Source of the DNA: Methanotrichaceae archaeon
Lineage (GTDB): Archaea > Halobacteriota > Methanosarcinia > Methanotrichales > Methanotrichaceae
NCBI GenBank assembly: GCA_963813075.1
Contig: CAWEXU010000030.1
Coordinates: 192,001-256,000, forward strand
Length of the DNA: 64,000 bases
Direction of reading: 5' to 3'
Each line of letters opens with the position of its first letter. Within the stretch, counting starts at the first letter, position 1. This document shows positions 31,888-41,635 of this stretch, piece after piece. The notes under the pieces are model-generated. The model was not told the origin of the DNA and ran no database searches. It worked only from the letters and a program-made list of their open reading frames with translations. The position numbers and the translations under genes were made by a program.

Positions 31888-33159
31888 TCAGCGGTAAAGC
31901 TTCCAGATACCAGTCTTATCACCGTTTCCTAAAGCGCGCTTCTCGCGGGTGTAAGAGTGCATAACTTGTCCGGTATCTTTAGAAAATTCTTTCTTGCCGT
32001 AGAGATCTCCCAGGCCCAGGGTATGCCCCATCTCATGCAATAGTACCGATTCTACGTCGACGTCCTTCTTATTGGTGCGATCCGTGCGCCATTTGTAGTT
32101 TGAATTCATGACCAGATCGGACTCAAGAGCGCTGTAGTACCCATCAACCTTTTTCGAGCTGTAGTAGGTTCTGGCATAGGCCAGCACATTGCAATTGGTC
32201 TTTAAAGGCTGCCAGTTGATAGTATTTTTCTTGTTGTATCGGTCAGCTGCTACCTTAGAATCTAGTGTGACCAGGTTGCTGTCAGCAAACAGATTCTGGT
32301 TTGATGCCCCATCCCAGGTATTCGAGGCCGACTCGATTGCTTTCTTTACTTCCCCGGTTTTCAGACCCTCTTTTGCCAGGACCTTATCATCTTTCAAGAC
32401 CCACTTTAGCTGAGGATCTTTTGTATTCCACCGGTAACCCAATAGAGTATAGGCAGAGGATCTTCCTCCAGAGGAGGTTGTCACCGGGCCGGTCAATTCC
32501 CTGGATAGATCGCTCTCGGCCCCTTTTTTGGCATTTGAGGCGATCAGGCCAAAGCTTCCCTCTCCATCGTTGGAAAGGCCCTCTACCGACATGGCCACGT
32601 CACCGGAGGCTACGAATTGCATGCTCTCGCTGTCAAGCATTTCAACACCCAAGGCCTCCACATTGCCGGACATGGCCGCATGGTCGCCAGCTCCGGCATA
32701 TACCCCTGCCGAAAGATCGCCCTGGCCATCGAAACCGCTTGATATAAACATCTTATTCTCCGGAGAATCAGCATAATAGGCTATTGCACCATAGCTGCCG
32801 GACATAGCCGTGCCCTGGCTGACATAGGCACCACTATCAGATACACCGGCAGAGGCAGAGGTATGAAACTCTCCCGAGCTCTCCATATCCGAGCCCGCGC
32901 TCTTGCCGTTTGCATCGGTTGAAATCGATATGCTATTCTCTCCCGATCCGCTTGCGGTGAGGTCCCTGTTTATACCCCCGTCTCCCATTGTGGCTGACTC
33001 CACGAGGGTGGTGGAAACATCCAAGTCATAGATGGCGGACGATGAGACGGAATCTCCACCCTTCTGGGAGCTAAAACCAACGTTGATGCTGAGGGCAGGA
33101 GCGATTAAGCCATAGAAAAATATAGCTAAAGTTATGGCCGTTAAGTATTTCTTCATCAA
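31888..33159 (-). CDS. Secreted matrixin-like metzincin, paralog 1
   Basis: Signal, G/S-rich N-domain, HEMGHTLGLGD zinc motif and QVMH Met-turn. Confidence 0.9.
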   Translation of the reverse strand: MMKKYLTAITLAIFFYGLIAPALSINVGFSSQKGGDSVSSSAIYDLDVSTTLVESATMGDGGINRDLTASGSGENSISISTDANGKSAGSDMESSGEFHTSASAGVSDSGAYVSQGTAMSGSYGAIAYYADSPENKMFISSGFDGQGDLSAGVYAGAGDHAAMSGNVEALGVEMLDSESMQFVASGDVAMSVEGLSNDGEGSFGLIASNAKKGAESDLSRELTGPVTTSSGGRSSAYTLLGYRWNTKDPQLKWVLKDDKVLAKEGLKTGEVKKAIESASNTWDGASNQNLFADSNLVTLDSKVAADRYNKKNTINWQPLKTNCNVLAYARTYYSSKKVDGYYSALESDLVMNSNYKWRTDRTNKKDVDVESVLLHEMGHTLGLGDLYGKKEFSKDTGQVMHSYTREKRALGNGDKTGIWKLYR

Positions 33160-33896
33160 TTCTATTCCTCCTTTGCAGCAATAACTGATCTCTGGTGCCG
33201 ATACAATTCAGCACTCAATCAGCCAAGGTTCCATTATTATATGAATTGCTAGAACCCACAGAAGGTCATTTTGCCGAGATCTGTAAATAAGCTTTCCGCA
33301 AAGATTAAATACAGATAATGCGGGCAAGTAAATTAAAAAAATTCAGAAGTATTGAAGCCGGCAATAAAAATGTGGGCGAAAAGCCGCAAGTAATGCCTGA
33401 GTGGTTCTTCCAATTCCTGGCGATATCTTTCGCGAGCAGTAAGCTTACATTTTCTGGGCGGCCATTAGATATAATATAATTACAAAAAAATCACTATGCT
33501 GAGCAAACACAATAAAATCAGACTCAAATAAAAAAATGTCTATTTTTAATTAGCTCCAATAGCTTAAAACTGGCCTTCAGAATGATGCATTCACCGGCTA
33601 AAAGAGCCGATGCAAGATCTTATGATATCGAGAATTCATGAAATGAATGGATCCCTGGACCAAAGGGCATCAGCTTTCTCTTATTGCCCTGGATTAACCA
33701 CCAGGGGTATTTATCAGTATTTTTGATTCGGAAGCCACATAATTAAGATATTTCATTAGACACCAATTCTGATTCACAAAATCCTCTCGGGATTGGTTCT
33801 CCCAGTTAGATTATCATCCTTAAAAATATATATTTTCTTATAAAGGCTGATAAAAAAATATTTGTTTTATATTTTGTATTTTCTATTTTGTATATA

Positions 33897-35165
33897 TCAG
33901 CCATATAGCTTCCAGATTCCAGTCTTATCCCCGTTTCCTAAAGCGCGCTTCTCTCGGGTATAGTAGTGCATCACCTGTGCGGTATCATATGTGTACTCTG
34001 CCTTGCCATAAAGATCTCCCAGGCCGAGAGTATGACCCATCTCATGCAACAACACAGACTGGACATCAAGATCCCCCTTATTGATGCTATCCGTTCGCCA
34101 ATTGTAGTTTGAATTTAAGACCAGATCGGACTCAAGGGCGCTGGAGTAACCGTCAACCTTAGCCGAGCTGTAATATGTCCTGGCATAACCCAATACCTTA
34201 CAATTAGTGACTAAAGGCTTCCAGTTGATTGTATTCTTCCGGTTGTACCGGTCAGCAGTCACCAAAGGATCCAGTGTGACCAGGCTGCTGTCAGCAAATA
34301 GATTCTGATTCGATGCCGCATCCCAGGTATTCGAGGCCGACTCGATCGCCTTTTTTACCTCAACCGTATCCAGACCCTCGTTTTTCATAATAGGGTCATT
34401 CTTTAAGACCCACTTTAACTGGGGATCTTTTGTATTCCACCGGTAACCCAATAGAGTATAGGCAGAGGACCTTCCTCCAGTGGAAGTCGTCACCGGACCG
34501 GTCAATTCCCTGGATAGATCGCTATCTATTCCTTTCCTGGCATTTGAGGCCACCAGGCCGAAGCTTCCCTCGCCATTATTGGAAAGGCCCTCCACCGACA
34601 TGGCCACGTCGCCAGAGGCAACGAATTGCATGCTCTCGCTGTCAAGCATTTCAACGCCTAAGGCCTCAACATCACCGGATATCGCCGCATGGTCGCCAGC
34701 TTCAGCAAAGACCCCTGCGGAAAGATCGCCCCGGCCATCGAAACCACTTGATACAAACATCCTATTCTCCGGAGAATCAGCATAATAGGCGATCCCGCCA
34801 TAGCTGCCGGACATAGCCGTTCCCTGGCTGACATAGGCACCACGATCAGATACACCAGCAGAGGCAGAGGTATGAAACTCTCCTGAGCTCTCCAAATCCG
34901 AGCCCGCGCTCTTGCCGTTTGCATTGGTTGAAATCGATATGCTGTTCTCTCCCGATCCGCTTGCAGTGAGGTCCCTGTTTATCCCCCCGTCTCCCAGTGT
35001 GGCTGACTCCACGAGGGTAGTGGACTGGTCCAGGTCATAGCCGGCAGATGATGAAGCAATCTCTCCATTTTTCTCGGAGCTAAAACCCACATTGATGCCG
35101 AAGGCGGGAGTCATTAAGATATAGAAGAATAAAGTCAATGCGATTATAGCAAAACGTTTTCTCAT
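33897..35165 (-). CDS. Secreted matrixin-like metzincin, paralog 2
   Basis: Near-identical to paralog 1; HEMGHTLGLGD. Confidence 0.9.
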   Translation of the reverse strand: MRKRFAIIALTLFFYILMTPAFGINVGFSSEKNGEIASSSAGYDLDQSTTLVESATLGDGGINRDLTASGSGENSISISTNANGKSAGSDLESSGEFHTSASAGVSDRGAYVSQGTAMSGSYGGIAYYADSPENRMFVSSGFDGRGDLSAGVFAEAGDHAAISGDVEALGVEMLDSESMQFVASGDVAMSVEGLSNNGEGSFGLVASNARKGIDSDLSRELTGPVTTSTGGRSSAYTLLGYRWNTKDPQLKWVLKNDPIMKNEGLDTVEVKKAIESASNTWDAASNQNLFADSSLVTLDPLVTADRYNRKNTINWKPLVTNCKVLGYARTYYSSAKVDGYSSALESDLVLNSNYNWRTDSINKGDLDVQSVLLHEMGHTLGLGDLYGKAEYTYDTAQVMHYYTREKRALGNGDKTGIWKLYG

Positions 35166-35653
35166 TTCAATTCTATCCTCCTTTGCAATATAGACCGATC
35201 CTCTATTTGGTGTTGGATCAGTAGAGGTTGTCGTCACACGAAATGAAGAAATCCTCTGACGAATTCGTTAAATGTCGTTATATTTAATCTTTTCGCAGAT
35301 TTAGCTGCAAATGTAAGCCATCAATGGTAGATGAAATTGGAGAAAAATAGATATGCATAGATGTGTACGCCAAATGCCGTACAATGGCCAAACCGCCATC
35401 CTGTCTCCTGAGAAAGCAGCAGGAAATTGCAGGCGGTCGGTTGTAATTGGGCTCTATATTGAGGATAAATCGGTCGGAAAATTATTGAATTAAAAATTAT
35501 GCTTGAAGGCATAGAGCCTCATGCCTGCCGATAAATTCCAAAGCTGCTCCATATTTGATCGACAGGAATGGCCACCCCCCACAGGGCAGCCATGATGTTC
35601 AATCCTGCCCAGCATCTCGACTGCCAAGAGGGCATATGATCACTTACATACGA

Positions 35654-36637
35654 TCATCCATACAGCTTCCAGATCGCACTCTTATCACCATTTCCAAGAG
35701 AGCGCTTCTCGCAGGTATAGTTGTGCATCACCTGCTCATTATCAAACTCATACTCATCAAGGCCGTAAATATCCCCCAGCCCCAGGGTGTGGCCCATCTC
35801 ATGCAGTGCCACTGACTGAACATCTCTATCTTGAGAATTGCCGCTATCCACGCGCCAATCCTTATTAGAATTAAAAACCAGATCGGACTCTATTGCGGTT
35901 CCATATCCATCCACCAGCCGGCTCTTATAGTAATAGGTTCTGGCATATGCGAGCACATTGCAGTTGCTTCGCAAGGATTGCCAATTGATGGTATTCATCT
36001 TATTATAACTATCAGGTGCTACAGTTGGATTCAGAGTAACCAGATCGCTATCAGCAAATAGGTTCTGATTAGATGCATTATCCCAGGTATTCGCAGCCGC
36101 CTCCATTGCATTCTTTATATCTGTGCTGCTCAGACCTTCAGCGTCCATGATCTCATCGTTTTTCAGAACCCATTTGAGCTCGGGGTTCCTGGTATTCCAC
36201 CTGTATCCCAGTAATTTGTAGGCATCTATCCTTCCCCCACCCTCAGTATAATCCGGCCCAGCGAGGAGCGAGCCATTCTCCATCAGCATACCAGTCCCCA
36301 TCAAAAGATCGCCGGAGCTTGAAGCGACCTTTATTCCATCTGCTGTGATGCTGACATCCTGGCCCGCAGAGGTTATTCGGGTATTCACCTGAGGGTTATC
36401 TGTGGCCACAAAAAGCCCATTATGCCGGGCGATGCCTGATCCAACGATACTGGTCTCCGTCACCATGCCATTGGTCTCAGATTCCAGCCTTGTCCCTCTA
36501 TCCAGCTGATAATTTGACGAGGATGTGGCCACATCCCCCCCGCTTTCCGCACTGAAGCTTACACTGATGCTCATTGCAGGTGTCAAAAGACTGCATAAAC
36601 ATATCGCAGATAACAGAGCTGTGAGAAACGGCTTCAT
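35654..36637 (-). CDS. Secreted matrixin-like metzincin, paralog 3 (shorter N-domain)
   Basis: HEMGHTLGLGD, QVMH and the shared LLGYRWN..P.LKWVLK motif. Confidence 0.9.
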   Translation of the reverse strand: MKPFLTALLSAICLCSLLTPAMSISVSFSAESGGDVATSSSNYQLDRGTRLESETNGMVTETSIVGSGIARHNGLFVATDNPQVNTRITSAGQDVSITADGIKVASSSGDLLMGTGMLMENGSLLAGPDYTEGGGRIDAYKLLGYRWNTRNPELKWVLKNDEIMDAEGLSSTDIKNAMEAAANTWDNASNQNLFADSDLVTLNPTVAPDSYNKMNTINWQSLRSNCNVLAYARTYYYKSRLVDGYGTAIESDLVFNSNKDWRVDSGNSQDRDVQSVALHEMGHTLGLGDIYGLDEYEFDNEQVMHNYTCEKRSLGNGDKSAIWKLYG

Positions 36638-36909
36638 TTTTGATCCTCCTACTTGAGATACTGATTTAAAATAATTAGTGTTAAAGTTATTTAAATTTTT
36701 TGATCTGTTTGTCTTATGAGCACCGGTTGCATAAATAAATAGTACATACTTGAAATTAAACGATTTAGAATGGACCCGCCACTAATTTAAAAAATTAGCT
36801 TTTCCTGAAGACAGACCATATTTAAGTTTTCCGTACTTTTAGCACGTGACAATTCAGGCGTATTGTTAATCCATAAGACATATAAATGATGGCCATTAGT
36901 AAAGAGGTT

Positions 36910-36989
36910 AAAGGTAGATCTGACAGGAAAGCATTTGCCTCCATATAGTTGCCTCCTTATGGATCTATCTTCCCCAATGTGTTTTTTTT
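36910..36989 (+). ncRNA. Candidate ~80-nt small RNA with two anti-Shine-Dalgarno seeds
   Basis: TATA-like ATATAAAT at 36880-36887, closing stem AAGGTAGATC (36911-20)/GATCTATCTT (36962-71), two TTGCCTCC motifs in the loop and a T8 tract at 36982-36989. Confidence 0.5.
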
Positions 36990-37085
36990 ATATTTTATAT
37001 GATAAACTACTCCTCGGCCTGGAGACGTGGTTAGAATGGTGTCCACTGAAGCAGGAAGACGGTTAAAAAAGAAGGGATTATTTAA

Positions 37086-37439
37086 TTATGCTTTTTCCAT
37101 GCGGGATTTTAAGACCTCGTTGTATATGGTCTCTTCGAGTTCACTGATGCGACCGAGATTCTGATTCAACCTCTTTAATGCATAAAGCTTCTTCGCAGCC
37201 AATAACGCAAGAGTTATAGATATGAGGAGTATAATAGCCAGCAGTAAGATATATCCATTAATTATATCCAAAGCTCCTTTTTGATGTGAAAAGAGCATGA
37301 AAGCAAATGCATTAACTGAAACACCAAGCAGCGATGAAATAGATATTCCAATAATAAGAATAGAGAGCTGTTTTTTCCTCTGCTCCACGCGCTCCACCAT
37401 ATCATATACCGCATCAATCGAGGCTTTATTTTCCGTCAT
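37086..37439 (-). CDS. Small two-TM membrane protein
   Basis: Two hydrophobic helices flanked by charged helices; coupled to the upstream wHTH gene. Confidence 0.7.
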   Translation of the reverse strand: MTENKASIDAVYDMVERVEQRKKQLSILIIGISISSLLGVSVNAFAFMLFSHQKGALDIINGYILLLAIILLISITLALLAAKKLYALKRLNQNLGRISELEETIYNEVLKSRMEKA

Positions 37440-37441
37440 TC

Positions 37442-37759
37442 TCACTCCCTTGCCCACTCATTTAATACAAAGAGCTCATCATTGATGGTTTTGAACCATT
37501 CATATCTGGATTTGCCCAAGGGTGTAAGCTCATATACAATCACTTCCCTTGCCCCCCACGCCACTCGCTTCTCCTCTACATATCCGGCGTCTTTAAGCAT
37601 ATTGATATATTTCTCAGCCGAAGTTGTCTTCAGATTGGCGCACTGTATTATATGGGTCTTCAGCGCTCGCCCTTTTGATTGGCTCTTTTCAATGCACTCA
37701 AGAAGTTTTAGAACAATCTTGATTGCAGGCCTGTATTTCGCAACACCCATATAAAACAT
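37442..37759 (-). CDS. Winged-helix transcriptional regulator (HTH_45-like)
   Basis: LKTHIIQCANL..AEKYINML..YELTPLGK. Confidence 0.8.
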   Translation of the reverse strand: MFYMGVAKYRPAIKIVLKLLECIEKSQSKGRALKTHIIQCANLKTTSAEKYINMLKDAGYVEEKRVAWGAREVIVYELTPLGKSRYEWFKTINDELFVLNEWARE

Positions 37760-38423
37760 CCACCTTACAGCACTTAATAGGCTTCCATACCTTTAGTACA
37801 TCACATCTAGATCAAGAGTGTGTCTGCCCAGGTATATCAACCTTTATCGCTCATTATAGACCGAATCCAATCTATTGCTTATAAATCCACCCGAAGCTAG
37901 CATAGGATAAAACCACCCGAAATTGGAGAGGACTATCATCGAAAAACTAACTAAAATATTAACATTCTCATCAGTCCATGCTATCATAATTCATCGTCGT
38001 GATCGGCGATGGGATTTAATGTTGATGCAATTTTTCTCTGATCACAGGATACGCCCTGCATTGCAGGTTCATGCCTGAATGGCACTAATAGTTTATTTTG
38101 ACTAACATCATAATTAGAATCGCGAATACGTATTAATGTATATATGCGAGAAGCATTTCCTAATCCATGAATAGATAAGCCTTTTTGATATTGTTTTCGC
38201 AGAAAAATACCCATCTGCCACGATTGAATCAGGAGATTCACCTCTCCAAAGGCATGCAGGAAAATCGCATATAACGTGCCATGTGAGTTCAATTGGGAAT
38301 CAGACAATGCGATAGATTTATATGTAACTGTGATGCCAAGACAATATTGCTCGTTTAGAGATAAGCCTTCCGGAGAATATATAAATTTCGGGATGCAATA
38401 TAATTAAATAGTGGGGGAAGAGT

Positions 38424-38705
38424 ATGAAAAGAAGCAAAGATGCCATAATATCCCAAATCTTAGATGTCTGCGTTGAGGGCGCGAGCAAGACCAGGATCGT
38501 CTATCAATCGAACCTAAACTTCAGGACTGTGATCCCTTATATTGATTTGCTCACAAAAAATGAGCTGTTGGAGGTCACAACAAACAATAAATCATCGGTC
38601 GTTTTTACCACCACCCCAAAAGGGCTTAAGCTGCTAAAGGATTTCAAGAACATTCAAAGCGTCATTCCTGAAATCTATGACCTCACGGAAAAAGAGAGAG
38701 CTTAG
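38424..38705 (+). CDS. Winged-helix transcriptional regulator (HTH_45-like)
   Basis: MKRSK..II..IL, GASKTRIVYQSNLNF and TTPKG motifs. Confidence 0.9.
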   Translation: MKRSKDAIISQILDVCVEGASKTRIVYQSNLNFRTVIPYIDLLTKNELLEVTTNNKSSVVFTTTPKGLKLLKDFKNIQSVIPEIYDLTEKERA

Positions 38706-38889
38706 AAGAAGTTCTGGCCTTGAGTGGCTTTTTTTGCATTCCCCAAAATGATCTGGCCCTCTATGTGAGATAGCCTCCCGTTTTTGTTTTCTTGCAGTAT
38801 ATCAATTTGAATATATTCTATATACCCAATATAGACCTATATAGTCTAATGGGACAAGGAATATATCAGGTGGATTCAATCGCAGATAA

Positions 38890-39360
38890 ATGATTAATGC
38901 AATTGGCTACGGAGACATTCGATATGTTGATAGCCTCACTGGCCTTCTCAAATATTATGAAGCTCTCATGCAGAGGGGCGGCCTGGTGGCGAGAGCCGGT
39001 GAGGTCAGATCGCTAAAGCTCGGCCTGATTTTAGACCTGTTGAAGACGGTGGGGATTCCCGAGGGCCATAAGACGGGCCTGATCTCTGCCGTTCTGAGGG
39101 GCTGGGATATGAATTGCAGAAATAGGAGCATCGGCCAGATGGAAGAGGAGATGCGGGCGATTTTGGTCAGCATCGAGGCTCTTCAGAATGAGCTGGCAAG
39201 GGCCAAAAGCCAGTGGGGGCCCAAGGCCAGGCAGAGGCTGGATACAGCAGTGCTGGTTGCCCTTCCTTTGATGCCGACTGACCTGAAAAGTGAGGAAGTG
39301 AGCAAAATCCAGGACCTCCTCCGCCGGACAATGAACTGCCTTACGGCAAAAATGGATTGA
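38890..39360 (+). CDS. Hypothetical helical protein
   Basis: 156-aa ORF with coding-like composition; function not recognised. Confidence 0.7.
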   Translation: MINAIGYGDIRYVDSLTGLLKYYEALMQRGGLVARAGEVRSLKLGLILDLLKTVGIPEGHKTGLISAVLRGWDMNCRNRSIGQMEEEMRAILVSIEALQNELARAKSQWGPKARQRLDTAVLVALPLMPTDLKSEEVSKIQDLLRRTMNCLTAKMD

Positions 39361-39379
39361 TGATCCCTCTTTTTTCCAT

Positions 39380-40627
39380 CTACCAGCTTATCTTCTTGCG
39401 ATAGTAATTTCGGACCACAATGGCCAGAAGGTTGGTGCTTAATACCAGAGATATCAGCACCAGAGCCGTACCCCAGGCCCGGGCCTCTACATCCCAGGCC
39501 CCCAGGAAGTAGATCAGGTTCAGGAGATGGTAGTTCAAATTATTCACCGGCTGGAATAGATCAGGAACTATCCCGTAGATCATCTGCACCGGAGTGGCGG
39601 TAAAGGTCACCGCCGTCCACATGATGGGCGCCGTCTCGCCTGAGGCCTTGGCCACCCCCATGATCACCCCGGTGAGGATTCCGGGCATGGCAGAGGGCAA
39701 AACCACCTTTCTTATAGTCTGCCACTTCGTCGCCCCCAGGGCCATGCTGCCCTCACGCAGAGAGTTTGGAACGCTCTTCAAAGCCTCCTGGCTGGTCAGA
39801 ATTATGGTGGGGATATTTATCAGGCCCAGGATGATCGAGCCGGAGATCAGAGACACTCCGAATAGTGTCACCAGAAATGCCAGGCCGAATAGGCCATAGA
39901 CCACAGAGGGTACCCCATTCAAGCAGCTTACGGCAATGGTGATCAGCCGGTTGAGCCGGTCGCTCTTGGAGTATTCATGCAGGTAGATGGCCGCTCCAAT
40001 TCCCAGGGGAGAGGAGATGAGCATGGCCCCCAGGACCATCCAGAGAGATCCCAGTATGGCAGTGCTGATTCCCCCCGCCTGCCCCAACCTCCGGTGGGGT
40101 GCGGTCAGAAACTCCCAGTTTATCACCCAGATGCCTTTGTAGATGATGATGAACAGAATTCCGCCCAGGAGGACAATGGACAGCATTGCGGACATCCTTA
40201 TGCCCAGAAATACCAGCGCCTCCCTTCCCCGAGCAGTATAGCCATAGACTAGATTGAGAGCATCCTTGATGCATAGCAGGCTGGCGATCAAGACCATCAG
40301 CGGAAATAAGAAAGAATACTCAAAAGAAGCTCCGACACCAAGCGGCCTTTTGATAATGAAATCCGGACCCAGAGCGCCCGAAAAAGACAGGAAGAAAACC
40401 GCCCCGCAGAAGAGAACATCCAGCATCATAAAAGGCGCAGTTCTCAGAGAAGCGCCCTTAGCGGTCAGATACGATCCCAAAATCGCCAGGGGGCAGAGTA
40501 TCAGGCAGGCTTCCCAGATCGGTTTTAGCCCTTCGAGCTCTGGCTGGAGGACCAGGCAGATTGTCGAAGAGACAAATAGGAATGCCGATATGACAAATGA
40601 TGCCGCTAGCAGAGGTCTGACCTTCAA
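39380..40627 (-). CDS. pstA: Phosphate ABC permease PstA (extended N-terminal TM region)
   Basis: GGISTAILGS, AAIYLHEY, VPSVVYGLFG, LGATKWQT and GETAP motifs; likely TTG start at 40627. Confidence 0.95.
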   Translation of the reverse strand: MKVRPLLAASFVISAFLFVSSTICLVLQPELEGLKPIWEACLILCPLAILGSYLTAKGASLRTAPFMMLDVLFCGAVFFLSFSGALGPDFIIKRPLGVGASFEYSFLFPLMVLIASLLCIKDALNLVYGYTARGREALVFLGIRMSAMLSIVLLGGILFIIIYKGIWVINWEFLTAPHRRLGQAGGISTAILGSLWMVLGAMLISSPLGIGAAIYLHEYSKSDRLNRLITIAVSCLNGVPSVVYGLFGLAFLVTLFGVSLISGSIILGLINIPTIILTSQEALKSVPNSLREGSMALGATKWQTIRKVVLPSAMPGILTGVIMGVAKASGETAPIMWTAVTFTATPVQMIYGIVPDLFQPVNNLNYHLLNLIYFLGAWDVEARAWGTALVLISLVLSTNLLAIVVRNYYRKKISW

Positions 40628-40628
40628 C

Positions 40629-41537
40629 TCAATATCCTCCGAACTTCTTTCTGATCCGCAACCGGGCATAATCCGCAATCAGGCTTAAGATGGAGACCAC
40701 AAGCAATAGCATGAGCCCCACCGCAAACAGGACGTGATAGTGAGTCGATCCCCTGGCAACCTCTCCCATCTCTCCGGCAATGACGGAGGTGAATGTCGCC
40801 CCCTGGTCGAAGATATCATAGGGGGGAGAGGCGATCCTGGCCACGTTTCCCACCACCAGCAAGACTGCCATGGTCTCGCCGATTATGCTCCCTATATTGA
40901 GGAGGACGGCAGCAGTGATTCCAGATGATGCTGCCGGTATGGTGACATTCCTTATGGTCTGCCACCGGTTCGCTCCCAGGGCTAAGGAGCCTTCTTTGAA
41001 CTCTCCGGGCACCGCCCGCAAAGCATCCTCGCAGATGGTGGTAAGGTAGGGGATGAACATCACCCCCAGGAGTATTGATCCGGCCAGAATTGACCTACCG
41101 GTGAGCATGTCGAAGCTGTCCTGCAGGTAGGTTACCAGGATAATCACCCCTAAAAATCCATAGACAATAGATGGGACCCCTGCCAGAAGCTCTATAGCCG
41201 GCTTGAGGACTGCTTTGCTCCTGGGGCTCGCCAGCTCTGCCAGGTAGATGGCCAGAGGAAATCCGATGGCGATGTTGATGAAAAGGGCCAGAATGGTGAT
41301 GGTGAGGGATGCGGTGATAAGGGGCAAAAAGCCATAGATGTCGCCGGAAGGATGCCATTTCATGCCCGATAAAAGGGAGATAATGCCAAGCTCCCCGAAG
41401 GCGGGAATGCTTTCGTGAATGAGAAAATAGAATATTAAAAGCATCACCAGAATCGATGTGATGGCGGACACAAATAGCAAGGTCTCAACGAAAAGCTCGC
41501 TATACCTGCGGGGCATCATCATTCGTGGCCGGTCCAT
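40629..41537 (-). CDS. pstC: Phosphate ABC permease PstC
   Basis: ELLAGVPSIVYG, EDALRAVP and IGETMAV motifs. Confidence 0.95.
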   Translation of the reverse strand: MDRPRMMMPRRYSELFVETLLFVSAITSILVMLLIFYFLIHESIPAFGELGIISLLSGMKWHPSGDIYGFLPLITASLTITILALFINIAIGFPLAIYLAELASPRSKAVLKPAIELLAGVPSIVYGFLGVIILVTYLQDSFDMLTGRSILAGSILLGVMFIPYLTTICEDALRAVPGEFKEGSLALGANRWQTIRNVTIPAASSGITAAVLLNIGSIIGETMAVLLVVGNVARIASPPYDIFDQGATFTSVIAGEMGEVARGSTHYHVLFAVGLMLLLVVSILSLIADYARLRIRKKFGGY

Positions 41538-41635
41538 TGAAGGCCAATTGCACCTGCGGGTTAAAGTCCTTATGCATAGTATCTATATAGATAGCTTACT
41601 CCGCATAAATCATATTGAGATAACTTTTTCAATAA

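Noticed and set aside
37984..38307. 107-aa minus-strand ORF between the wHTH genes
   Set aside because: TTG start, AT-rich promoter-like DNA and no recognisable motif.
39380..41537. pstCA without pstS/pstB as a novel transporter
   Set aside because: Split pst loci are common; the partners are probably elsewhere in the genome.
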